NCBI GenBank assembly: GCA_963845755.1
Contig: CAWJTV010000005.1
Coordinates: 128,001 to 192,000 of the forward strand
Reading direction: 5' to 3'
DNA: 64,000 bases
Source of the DNA: an uncultured Planctomycetota bacterium
GTDB lineage: Bacteria; Planctomycetota; Planctomycetia; Isosphaerales; Isosphaeraceae
Shown here: positions 52,773-64,000 of the stretch, piece by piece
Position numbering within the stretch: the first letter of the stretch is position 1
Layout: the number at the start of each line of letters is the position of its first letter
Position numbers and translations under genes: made by a program
The notes under the pieces: generated by a model
Told to the model about the DNA's origin: nothing
Seen by the model: only the letters and a program-made list of their open reading frames with translations
Databases searched by the model: none

Positions 52773-54660
52773 ATGCGTGGCACTCTGATCGCTATGGCGT
52801 GTCTGCTGGTATCCGCCGGTCACGCGGCCGGACAGTCCCGGCTTACGGTTGACTGGCCGCGCGTGGGGAATGATCACGGTTGCATGCGATATTCCGAACT
52901 GGAACAGATCAGCCGTCAGAACGTGACCCGGCTCGAGCCGGTCTGGACGTACCACACGGGAGAACTCAAGGGTCGTGAAGGAAAGACCATCGAGTGCACG
53001 CCGATCGTGATCGGCGGTGTGATGTACGTCACGACGGGATATCTCCGTCTCGTGGCGCTCGACGGCGCGACCGGCAAGGAACTCTGGCAGTTCGATCCCC
53101 TCAAGGATCATCCGTTCAAACACCGGCCGGCGTCCGGGGGCGTCAATCGCGGCTGCGCCTACTGGTCCGACGGCAAATCCGACGGTGATCGGCGCATCAT
53201 TCACGGCACGTCGGACGGACGATTATTCTCGCTGGACGCGAAGACCGGCAAGCTCGATCCGAAGTTCGGCGACGAAGGCATCCGGAATCTCCGCAAGGAA
53301 CTCGATCCGAGGGTCGCCGGGCTAAGCTATGGACCGACGTCGGCGCCGGCCATCTGGAAGGATTCGATCATTGTCGGAGTCTCCTGTGATGAGGGGCCCG
53401 GCATCGCCGCGCCCGGAGATATCCGGGCGTTTGACGTCCGCACCGGCGCGGAGGTTTGGCGATTTCGGACCGTGCCCCGTCGGGGAGAATTCGGATTCGA
53501 GACGTGGGACGACGATTCCGGTAAAGTCCGAGGCGCGGCGAACGCCTGGGGTGGGCTCAGCGTTCAACGCGGAACGCGGATTGGTCTTCGCGGGACTGGG
53601 CTCGGCCGCCTTCGACTTCTACGGAGGCGACAGGCAAGGCGACAATCTCTTCGCCAACTGCACCATCGCGCTCGACGCCAGGACGGGAAAGCGCGTCTGG
53701 CACTTCCAGACGCTCCATCATGACCTGTGGGACCACGACCTGCCGGTCTATCCGAACCTGGTCACGGTTACCCACGACGGCAAGTCGGTCGACGCCGTCG
53801 CGCAAGTGACGAAGACCGGCTACGTCTTCCTGTTCGACCGCATGACCGGCAAGCCCCTTTTCGACATCAAGGAGCAACCGGTGCCGGCCTCCGACATCCC
53901 CGGCGAGCGGGCAGCGCCGACGCAGCCCATCCCCGTCAAGCCGCCGCCGTTTTCCGCCCAGTTCCTCGACGAGACGAACGTCACCAACATCGGCGAAGCG
54001 AATCGCGCCTCGGTTCTGGTTCAACTGCGGAGGATCCGGGGCGGGCCGGCCTTCAACCCGCCCAGCCGGCAAGGAACCGTGGTGGTCCCGGGATTCCACG
54101 GAGGCGCGAACTGGTCCGGGGCCTCGTTCGATCCGACGACCGGCTGGCTCTACGTCAACTCGAACAATGTTGCGAACATCCTCACACTCGTCGAATCCCG
54201 GTCGAGCGAGAAGACGAAAAACGGGCCCTACCGAACCACGGGCTATCTTCCGTTCCACGACCAGGAGGGTTATTCCGCGATGAAACCACCCTGGGGGATA
54301 TTGAACGCGATCAACCTGAACACGGGCGAGTTTGCCTGCGCGTTCCACTCGGGGAACATGTCGAATTGACCGCCCGCGGAATCCCGCGAACGGGCACGGA
54401 AAACTTCGGCGGCTCGATCGTGACGGCCGGCGGCCTGGTGTTCATTGCCGGTACCAAGGACGAACGAATCCACGCCTTCGATAAGACGACCGGACGACTG
54501 CTCTGGGAACACTCTCTCCCGGCCGGTGGGTACGCGACCCCTTCGACCTACCAGATAAACGGTGCGCCAGTACGTCGTCATCGCCGCCGGAGGCGCCGGC
54601 AAACTGCGAACGAAGGCCGGGGATGCGTTCGTGTCGTTCAGTCTGCGAAGGGACGAGTAG
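52773..54660 (+). CDS. Periplasmic PQQ-dependent dehydrogenase (quinoprotein glucose dehydrogenase-like), three frameshifts
   Basis: RYS.L.QI...NV, NRG, WHFQTLHHDLWDHD, PGFHGGANWSG, TAGGLVF, LPAGGYATP.TY, YVVIAAGG. Confidence 0.9.
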
Positions 54661-54735
54661 GTTTCTTCCGATCCTAACACAAGTTCTGAGCCCGTCGCAA
54701 AGCACCTGGGCAGCGTTTTCCTGCACTGGGTCCCG

Positions 54736-54800
54736 GGCGAGCGGGGGCGTCAGCCCCCTGTCAGGTCGATCGGACAGGGGGCTGACGCCCCCCGCTCGCC
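54736..54800. repeat. REP-like palindrome
   Basis: GGCGAGCGGGGGCGTCAGCCCCCTGTC - 10 nt - GACAGGGGGCTGACGCCCCCCGCTCGCC. Confidence 0.85.
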
Positions 54801-54969
54801 TCTGGGAACCGCCTCCGAATCCCGAAGAGTGCAAGGAAACCCCGGCCGACTGCTCAGGCCGGAGACAGATCTCCCGGTAGACCGTTGACTTGACTCCCGC
54901 CGAACATCAAACTCGGGGCATTGTTAGACAAGCCTCCAAACAATGTTCAGCAACCGGGAGATCTCGTCG

Positions 54970-56322
54970 ATGCCCGATCCCCGCGTCGAGGACTCGTCCG
55001 CGATACCGATGACGAGGCGCGAGGCGCTCGCCACGGTCCCCGCCGTCCTGGCCGCCGGAGCCGCTGTCGGTCGGGATGCGCCGTCCAAGGCCCCCCCACG
55101 CATCGCCGCGATCGTCACCGAGTACCGCAAGGGGTCGCACGCCCAGGGCATCGTCGATCGCTTTCTCGACGGTTACGGCTGGAACGGCCGGCACCATCGG
55201 CCGGGCGTGGAGATCGTCTCGCTCTATGTTGACCAGAAGCCCAGCAACGACCTGAGCGAAGAGGCGCGCGAAGCGCCACTCGGGGCTGAAGGTCTATCCG
55301 ACAATTGCGGCGACACTGACTCGCGGCGGAGATCGGCTGGCCGTTCACGGAGTGCTCGTGATCGGCGAGCACGGGCGATACCCGCGGAATGAGAAAGGAC
55401 AGCGTCTTTATCCGCGTTACGAGTTCTTTCAGAAGATCGTGGAGGTCTTCCGCCGCAGCGGCCGCAGCGTGCCGGTGTTCAACGACAAGCATCTCTCGTG
55501 GAACTGGGCGTGGGCCAAGGAGATGGTCGAGACGGCTCGGAGCTTCGGATTCCCGCTCATGGCGGGCTCATCGCTCCCTGTCACCTGGCGCCTCCCCGCC
55601 GTGGAGGTCCCGCACGGCGCGGCGGTCTCCGAGATTGTTTGCGTCGGTTACGGCGGGCTGGACAGCTACGACTTTCACGGACTGGAGACGCTCCAGTGCA
55701 TGGCCGAGCGCCGCAAAGGGGGCGAAGCCGGGGTTGTCGCGGTCCGCGCGCTGCGGGTGCGCCGGTGTGGCGGGCCCTGGCGACCGGTTCCTGGGAAGGC
55801 GGCGGCTGCGACCTCGAGCTCTTCGAAGCGTGCCTCTGCCGTAGCTTCCGGCTGAGTTCACCCCGGCCCGGATATGGCAACGCCTATCCGGAACTGGGTC
55901 AGATGCCGGCGCTCGCCCGCAACCCGGCGCTCTATCGCATCGAGTATGCCGATGGTTTAAGGGGGACCTTGTTGATGCTCTCGGGCTTGGTTCAGGACTT
56001 CACGGTCGCCCTGCGGGTCGCCGGTCAGGCCAGACCGCTCTCGACGCAGATGTACCTTCCGGGCCTCTCTCCGGGGCAGACGCTTCCGGATTTCTTCAAC
56101 CCTCTGTCCCGCCATATCGAAACCCTCTTCCTCACCGGAAAGGCGCCATACCCTGTCGAGCGTACCTTGTTGACGACCGGAATCCTCGCCACCGCCATGG
56201 ACTCGCTCCACCGCGGTCAGGAGCGGATCGAGACGCCCGACCTGCGCCGGGTCCGGTATGAGTCGCCTCCTGTGTTGACCTACTGGCAGATGGCGGAGGG
56301 CGGATCGCACGAGGGGAGTTGA
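54970..56322 (+). CDS. Uncharacterised Rossmann/Gfo-Idh-MocA-like protein, paralog 1 (Tat-like leader; frameshifts ~55265, ~55760)
   Basis: MTRREAL; SHAQ, VSLYVDQ, IGEHG.YPRNEKGQ, FNDKHLS, AGSSLP, YDFHGLE, PYPVERTLL. Confidence 0.75.
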
Positions 56323-56326
56323 TGCG

Positions 56327-57562
56327 ATGATTTTATCGAAGGCGAGACGGGAAACCGAGGTCGCACAGGCTCAAACTGAGCGGCCGAGGAAGAAGCTCGC
56401 GATCGTCACCAATGTCTGGCATTACCTGTCGCACGCGCAGCACATGGGTGATCGATTCCTGGTCGGCTACCCGTGGGAAGGTCGCTGGCACAAGCCCGCG
56501 ATTGACGTCGTGTCGCTTTATGTCGATCAGAAGCCGGCGAACGACCAGAGCGCGGAGCGGGCCAAGAGCTTCGGGTTCACGGTGTATCCGACGGTTGCCG
56601 AGGCCCTGCGGTGCGGGGGTGCGACGCTGGCGGTCGATGCGGTGCTGATCATCGGCGAGCACGGGAAATATCCCCGGAACGAGAAGGGGCAGATCCTCTA
56701 TCCCCGGTATGAGTTCTTCCGCGAGGCGGCCCAAGTGTTCGAGAAGGACGGTCGCGCGGTCCCGGTTTTCAACGACAAGCACCTGTCCTACAGCTTCGCC
56801 AAGGCCAAGGAGATGGTCGAAACCTCGCGCCGGCTGAGGTTCCCGTTCCTGGCCGGGTCATCGCTGCCTGTAACCTGGCGGCTGCCGCCTGTCGAGGTGC
56901 CGCTCGGCAGTATCATCGACGACGCCTTGATGGTCGGCGTTGGGGAGTCGGACCCGATGGACTTCCATGCACTCGAGGCCATGCAATGCATGATCGAGCG
57001 TCGAAAGGGGTGGGAGACGGGGGTCAAGGCCGTCCAGCTCGTCACTGGTGAGGCGGTCTGGAAGGCCGGCGACGAGGGCCGGTGGTCCCGCGACCTACTG
57101 GAAGCCGCGCTCTCGCGGTCCGACACCCTCCAGGGGTTGACCGTAACCGACGGGCGGACTCAGAACCTCGCGGCAGGTCATGAGCTCGTCCGACTCGTCC
57201 AGAGGCCGGCCGCCTACTTCATCGAGTACGTTGACGGCACCCGCGCGACCTTGCTCATGCTCAACGGGGCGCTCCGCGACTACAACTTCGCCGCGAGAGT
57301 CCGTGGCATGCCCGAACTCCTCTCGACCCAGTTCCTCCTTCCACCCAATCCCAACGTCGCCTATTCCGCGTGCCTCATGAACAAGGTCGAGGAGATGTTC
57401 GAATCGGGTCAGGCCCCCTACCCCGTCGAACGAACCCTCCTCGTCAGCGGCATCCTCGAAAGCTGTCTCGACTCGAAAGCTCAAGGCGGCCGCCGACTCG
57501 ACACCCCCCACCTGGACGTCCGCTATCGGCCTCCACGGATCTCCCAATTCGGTCAGGCCTGA
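56327..57562 (+). CDS. Uncharacterised Rossmann/Gfo-Idh-MocA-like protein, paralog 2
   Basis: Same motif set as paralog 1; intact 411-aa ORF. Confidence 0.8.
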   Translation: MILSKARRETEVAQAQTERPRKKLAIVTNVWHYLSHAQHMGDRFLVGYPWEGRWHKPAIDVVSLYVDQKPANDQSAERAKSFGFTVYPTVAEALRCGGATLAVDAVLIIGEHGKYPRNEKGQILYPRYEFFREAAQVFEKDGRAVPVFNDKHLSYSFAKAKEMVETSRRLRFPFLAGSSLPVTWRLPPVEVPLGSIIDDALMVGVGESDPMDFHALEAMQCMIERRKGWETGVKAVQLVTGEAVWKAGDEGRWSRDLLEAALSRSDTLQGLTVTDGRTQNLAAGHELVRLVQRPAAYFIEYVDGTRATLLMLNGALRDYNFAARVRGMPELLSTQFLLPPNPNVAYSACLMNKVEEMFESGQAPYPVERTLLVSGILESCLDSKAQGGRRLDTPHLDVRYRPPRISQFGQA

Positions 57563-57592
57563 GCACCACGCCACGGAGATGGGGATCGGAGT

Positions 57593-57659
57593 TCGGGAGT
57601 CCGAGGCTCCGTCCGAGCCTGTTGCTAATGCCGGCTCGCACGGAGGCTCGCGCTCCCGA
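57593..57659. repeat. Degenerate REP-like palindrome
   Basis: TCGGGAGTCCGAGGCTCCGTCCGAGCC ... GGCTCGCACGGAGGCTCGCGCTCCCGA. Confidence 0.7.
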
Positions 57660-57824
57660 GGGAATTCCAGGTCGTTTCTCGGTCGTGCGGTACTGAGGGA
57701 CGGACCGTAAGATGAGGAGGAGAGATTCGTTCGCGACCGCGATGCGCCAATCAGGCGGGTTCATGCGTTGACCACAGGACGGAATGAGGGATTTCGCGCA
57801 AAGTGGCTCCTCGGAAACCATGAT

Positions 57825-57852
57825 TTGACACGTCGGGCCTGCGACCTACACT
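57825..57852 (+). promoter_or_regulatory. Sigma70-like promoter for the FHA-GGDEF gene
   Basis: TTGACA-16 nt-TACACT. Confidence 0.5.
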
Positions 57853-58025
57853 AGCGATGTCAGCGGTTCCGATTGTGCCGTCTCGATTGGTAACGCCGGG
57901 AGTCATCCTTGAGAGGGCCTGGCGGATACCGAGTTGCCCAAGGTTTCAGAGACGTAACCGGAACGGCCCGGCTCTATGCCCCGTCGTTCCGCGCCAGTCC
58001 CAGAATTCCCGGCTCGGACCCACCG

Positions 58026-59010
58026 ATGCATACCATGGACGCGAAAGCCAACACGCATCTCTGCGACAGCCCCTTCAAAGATGCCCTGGGCGAGGAGCAG
58101 GCCGCACTCGCGCCGGCGGCCTTCCTGATCGTCCTCCGCGGCGGGATGCCGGGGACGATGCTCCGGGTCTCGGAGGAGGGCACAACGGTGGGGCGTTCGT
58201 CCGACAACACGTTTCAGTTCCATGACGTCACGATCTCGCGCGCGCCATGCGCTATTGCGGATTGAGTCCGGCGGTACCGTGTCAATGACGGACGAAGGGA
58301 GCACCAACGGTTCGTTCGTCAATGGGCAACGCGTCGAGCTGCGTCGTGCGATCCGTCTGGAACATGGGGACCGGATTCAACTCGGCACGGGCGTGATTTT
58401 GAAGCTCGTCCACCTCGACTCGTCCGACGAGCGGTTCCAGCATGAGATGTTCGAGCGGACGGTGCGCGACGCGATGACCGGCCTGTACAACCGAGCGTAT
58501 TTCCTCAATCAAGTCGGCGGGCTCGGGGCGCGGCACGAGACTCAGGGAAACGGCCTGGCGATCCTGATGATGGACGTGGACCATTTCAAGCGGATCAACG
58601 ACCGATATGGCCATATCGCCGGTGACTGTGTCTTGCGGGAGATCGCGCTGGTGATCCGGGAATCGACCCGGAGTGAGGACCTGGTGGCCCGGTACGGCGG
58701 CGAGGAGTTCGTGGTGGCGCTGCCGGTCTCCGCGCCGGACCTCGCGACCGAGCGGGCCGAGCGGATCCGGTCGGGCGTGGAAAGCCGGACGATCCGGGCT
58801 GGCCGCGAGGAGATCCATATCACGATCAGCGTCGGCCTGGCATTCGGCTCCCACGGACGTCCCCGGAACGACCTGGCCTTGATCGAGGCGGCCGACCAGG
58901 CCCTCTACCAGGCCAAGGCGGACGGACGAAATCGCGTCGTACTCGGCCGGTATCTCCATCCCGTCGAATTCCCCAAGACCCAATCGGCTGAGTTCGTTGC
59001 CACCCCGTAG
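58026..59010 (+). CDS. FHA-domain diguanylate cyclase (frameshift ~58243)
   Basis: FHA: VGR, ISR.HA, STNGSFVNG; GGDEF domain: D.MTGLYNR, DVDHFKRINDRYGH, RSED I-site, RYGGEEF. Confidence 0.92.
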
Positions 59011-59230
59011 CCGCTGTCTCGTCTGCGCGCTTCACGGGGCCTCTTCACGTCGAGTCGCGTTTCGAAGCCACCCGGGAAGATTGACGGAACACCAGTGGCC
59101 GGTGGCGAACGGGTCGTGTAATGTGAGGAAGCGTCGCTGGTCCACCGTCGTGCCCCTCGGGGACGAAGGATCGGGACGAGCCGCCCGTCACTCGACTCAA
59201 CGATTGGAATGATTCCCAAGGGAGGTTCCC

Positions 59231-60095
59231 GTGTCCGAATCGTCCGCCGCGCAGAGCGGCCTGGCGCCCTGGTCCGTCGGCGTCTGCAGTTGGAGCCTCC
59301 AGGTCAAGAGCGTCGCGGAGTTGAAAGGGTTCCTCGATCAGCTCGGGATCAACGTCGTGCAGATCGCGTGCGGCGACCCGCACCACGCGAGCTGGGAGGA
59401 AGGCGATGCTCTGCCGGCGGCCGCGCGGGCTTCGGGCATCGCAATGACCGGCGCCATGCTGGGCTTCCCCGGCGAGGACTACACAACGCCCCAGACCATC
59501 AAGGAGACCGGCGGATTCGGCAACCCGGCGACGCGCGTCGAGCGGATCGAGCGACTCCAGTGGGCACTCGACCGCACGATTGCCCTCGGCCTGAACGACC
59601 TCACGCTCCACGCCGGATTCCTGCCCGAGCACGACGACCCGGACCGCAAGGCGATGCTCGACACACTCGCCAAGGCGGCCCAGCTCGCCGCCGACAAAGG
59701 AATCACGCTCGCATTCGAGACTGGTCAGGAGACCGCCGATTTGCTGCGCCAGACGCTCGACGACCTGAAGTCGCCGAATCTCAAGGTCAACTTCGACCCG
59801 GCGAACATGATCCTCTACGACATGGGGGACCCGATCCGTGCCGTCGAGATCCTCGGTCCGGACATTCGATCCGTGCATTTGAAGGACGGGCGGCGGACCC
59901 GTGTCCGTGGTCAGTGGGGAGACGAAGTGCCCCTGGGTGAAGGGGAAGTCGGGTATCCCGAGGTTCCTTCAGGCATTGAAGAGCGTCGGCTACACGGGGC
60001 CCCTGGTGATCGAGCGCGAAGTCGGCGACCAGGCCGGTCGACTGCGGGATGTAGCCGTGGGGCTGGCGCGGGTCCGCGAATGGCTGGGCCGTTGA
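59231..60095 (+). CDS. Sugar phosphate isomerase/epimerase (xylose-isomerase-like TIM barrel), frameshift ~59950
   Basis: HAGF, FETGQE, VNFDPANM, VHLKD, PLGEG, YTGPLVIERE. Confidence 0.9.
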
Positions 60096-60166
60096 TTCCT
60101 GGTCCTCGGACCTGAGCCGAACCATCCTCGATTGCTTCACTCTCGGGTTGCGCAACAGATACCAAG

Positions 60167-60215
60167 CCGAAGCGTCAGCGAGGGGAATGTCGTCGGACAC
60201 TCGTTGACGCCTCGG
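60167..60215. repeat. REP-like palindrome
   Basis: CCGAAGCGTCAGCGAG ... CTCGTTGACGCCTCGG. Confidence 0.65.
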
Positions 60216-60468
60216 GTGAGTCGGGGTGTCCTTCATGTCGAGCTGTGCGCTATCCCTGCGTGAAGCGCTCTAACCCTTCCGCCTGACCGGTCCGGTCTCC
60301 ACGCTTTCCTGGATAATCCGCTCGCGCCAGAAGGCGGGGTCAGCGTTTGAGGAACGCTGCTGATTTGACGCCCAGCACTTCTCGTGGTCCCTGATGCACG
60401 TTCGCCTCAAGGGTCTGATGTCGATCGAACGATCGCCGGCAGCCGTCAACTCCGATCGAACGTCAGGC

Positions 60469-60909
60469 TTACTGGACTTGCGAAGTCCTTGGTCGATTCT
60501 TGGTAGGCTGAAGTTCCATGGTTCGTGTTGCCAGGCCGGCGGCGTGGGCCGTTGCGTAATCCGGATTCGACGAAGTTCTTCGCCTGGCGCGTTTGGGGCG
60601 ACCACGCGCGACCAGGGTGATTTCCTGCTCCGGTTCGACCGTGAACTCCTCTTCATAGATCATGAGTCGCTCTCGATGCAAGCGGAGGACATGCTTGCCG
60701 GCCTCCAGATCGCAGATCAACAACTTCTCGAAGGATTTGTACGGGTACTCCTGATTGTCGATAGTCAGGACGAGATCCTGTTGAGGGAGGAACACGATCG
60801 CTTTGCCATGCGACGCACTGCCGATGTGAGTGACGTGCCAGACGATCAGACAAAGCACGCAGAAGACGATCGCACGTTGCGCCAGGTTGGCGAGTAACCT
60901 CATAATCAT
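60469..60909 (-). CDS. Small membrane-anchored PEGA-like domain protein
   Basis: N-terminal TM, then a beta pattern LTIDN..LEAGKHVLRL..EEFTVEPEQEITL. Confidence 0.6.
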   Translation of the reverse strand: MIMRLLANLAQRAIVFCVLCLIVWHVTHIGSASHGKAIVFLPQQDLVLTIDNQEYPYKSFEKLLICDLEAGKHVLRLHRERLMIYEEEFTVEPEQEITLVARGRPKRARRRTSSNPDYATAHAAGLATRTMELQPTKNRPRTSQVQ

Positions 60910-61369
60910 TTCGATCTCCCCCATGGAATCGGGCGGTGCGAGCGTCGCTCTGGCGGGACACCGTCCGAGATCAGTCGCCACGAACTGCCATCCACTTCGG
61001 CTCAAACGTGAGTTTGAGAGACCGGATGGACAGAGGGAAAAGCTCAGGTAGGATTGGAGGAAGGCGACGGGGAATGCAGAAAAGTCCGATCGGCTGGAAC
61101 ATCCCGTCTCCAAGGCTCCTGGTGATTATATGCCTGGATACACCACCGGGTTCAAGGCCGAGACACCCCGAATGACTTCGGATTCGCCGATCTCCTTGTG
61201 GCAACTGGATTTCGCGTCGGGCAATTCCTGGGGAACGGCGATGGTGACGACGACTTGACACCCGAGTCAATCCGCGTCTTCCCCTTGACTGAACCCTTCG
61301 TGGGTCGGGAGAATCCAGATTAGAGCGCTTAACTTTTGCATTGCGCACGCCCTGAGGCGCTGCGAATTC

Positions 61370-61462
61370 ACCCCCCCGAACCCCCCCTTGGCAAGGGGGG
61401 GACAGGAAACGGGCTTTTCCCGATCAATATCCCTCCCTTGCGAAGGGGGGGTTCGGGGGGGT
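61370..61462. repeat. REP-like nested palindrome with C/G runs
   Basis: ACCCCCCCGAACCCCCCCTTGGCAAGGGGGGG ... CCCTCCCTTGCGAAGGGGGGGTTCGGGGGGGT. Confidence 0.85.
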
Positions 61463-61578
61463 TCTTCGGGAGCAGGCTTCACGTGTGGGCCACCCAACTG
61501 TGAGGCTCTAGGGACGCCTTCCTCATAGCAACGCTTGATCGTCTCGACGAATCCGACCCGACGAAGGACTGCCTGCCG

Positions 61579-62845
<1,267 letters not shown>

Positions 62846-62959
62846 TTCCGGTCGGTTCACCGGGAGCAGCCGGGTCCGCGGAGTGCTCCGTGAGCACATG
62901 GGTCGTGATGATCGACTGGCATTCCGGATCGGTGCTCGCCGAGCACCTTACATTCTCCC

Positions 62960-63787
62960 ATGAATCGCATTGATCGCCTTTTTTCCAGGCTGCGAACCGA
63001 GAAACGCCGCGCGTTCATGCCGTTCGTGACCGCCGGCGATCCCGACCTCTCCACGACCGGGATGCTCATCAGCGAGCTGGTGAGCCGGGTGGCGCATCTG
63101 ATCGAAGTGGGAATTCCCTATTCCGACCCGATCGCCGACGGTCCCGTGATCGCGGCGAGCTATCACCGTGCACTCGAGCGCGGGGTCAAGGTCGCTCATA
63201 TCTTCCAGACCATACGGACCCTACGCGCCGAGGGCTCGGCGCGTTTCAACGATGCGCCCATGGTCGCGATGGTCTCCTACGCGATCATCCACCGCATGGG
63301 TATCGAGCGCTTCCTCAACGACGCGGCGACCGCCGGGTTCGACGGGCTGATCGTCCCGGATTTACCCATCGAGGAATCGCTGTCGTTGATCGAGAAGGCG
63401 ACCCGGCGTAACCTCAAGCTGATCCAGCTCATCACGCCGACGACCCCGCGTGACCGAGCCGTCGCGATCGCGCGATCGACGACCGGCTTCATCTACTACG
63501 TCACGGTGGCCGGGATCACCGGCGAGCGGAAAACCCTCCCCTCCGAACTGGTGGAGACCGTCGGCTGGCTGCGGACCGAGACGGACCTCCCCATCTGCAT
63601 CGGTTTCGGAATTAGCGGACCCGATCAGGTGCGGCACCTGGCCCCGGTCGCGGACGGCCTCATCATCGGCAGTGCGATCGTACGTTGACTGGCCGAGGCG
63701 ATCAATCGGCCCCGTCCCGAGGTTGTCCGCGAGATCGGCCAGTTCGTGGGCGAACTGGCCAAGGTGCTGGAGAATACCGCACTCTGA
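62960..63787 (+). CDS. trpA: Tryptophan synthase alpha chain with an in-frame TGA at 63686-63688
   Basis: TAGDP, IEVGIPYSDPIADGPVI, VPDLP, GITG, GFGIS, ADGLIIGSA; the last helix continues in frame to TGA 63787. Confidence 0.94.
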
Positions 63788-64000
63788 CATCGGACCGGCC
63801 TCAACGATCGCGAACCGAAGACGTTGCCGACCGTTGGACTCACTCGCGTGGAGGACCTGCTCTCGTCCGGTTCTTCGACTGGACCTGCATTTGAGGTGCG
63901 CCGGAATTCGATGGCGATTCGTGGATCGCGATGGGGATTTCCACCGGATTGGGGACCTCCTGCTTCTGGGCCAGAGCGACCGCCACGGAGATCGCCCTTC

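Noticed and set aside
61255..61270. TTGAC-N6-GTCAA palindrome as an FNR/CRP site
   Set aside because: Spacing differs from the N4 FNR box; a single short palindrome may be chance.

Overview
High-GC bacterial chromosome segment, very probably a planctomycete. Evidence for this is the DUF1501 remnant, the DUF58-BatA-VWA/GATase operon and planctomycete-type palindromic repeats; Isosphaeraceae-like is my inference. The assembly is error-prone: roughly 30 single-base frameshifts and two in-frame stops split otherwise intact genes, so many CDS calls join several ORF-track fragments. Contents in order: adenylation enzyme + 2 SGNH + MBOAT operon (Dlt/Alg-like acylation); a duplicated GGA-hairpin RNA element; an IS5-family element; flhA-flhF-fleN-fliA; secreted proteins, a TlpA-like protein and a methyltransferase; a three-gene GTPase/GAP1-N-like operon; a sugar ABC ATPase and permease; flippase-GT4-YfhO; HO-like diiron enzyme-hppD-FAH-hmgA-flavin reductase; GT2 and GT-C; DUF58-BatA-VWA/GATase; AKR, ADH, ICMT and a PQQ dehydrogenase; two tandem unknown paralogs; FHA-GGDEF; a sugar epimerase; trpB-trpA. 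I found no tRNA, rRNA or CRISPR. Best candidates for undescribed systems: (1) a CsrA/RsmA-type RNA network, i.e. a promoter-driven multi-GGA-hairpin RNA at ~5.15-5.4 kb plus GGA hairpins over the start regions of flagellar and surface-glycan genes; (2) a DO-GTPase-TM-helical-C2 / GAP1-N-like operon; (3) the A-domain/MBOAT/dual-SGNH acylation system; (4) an HO-like diiron enzyme heading the homogentisate pathway. All family assignments are by motif recognition; no searches were run.
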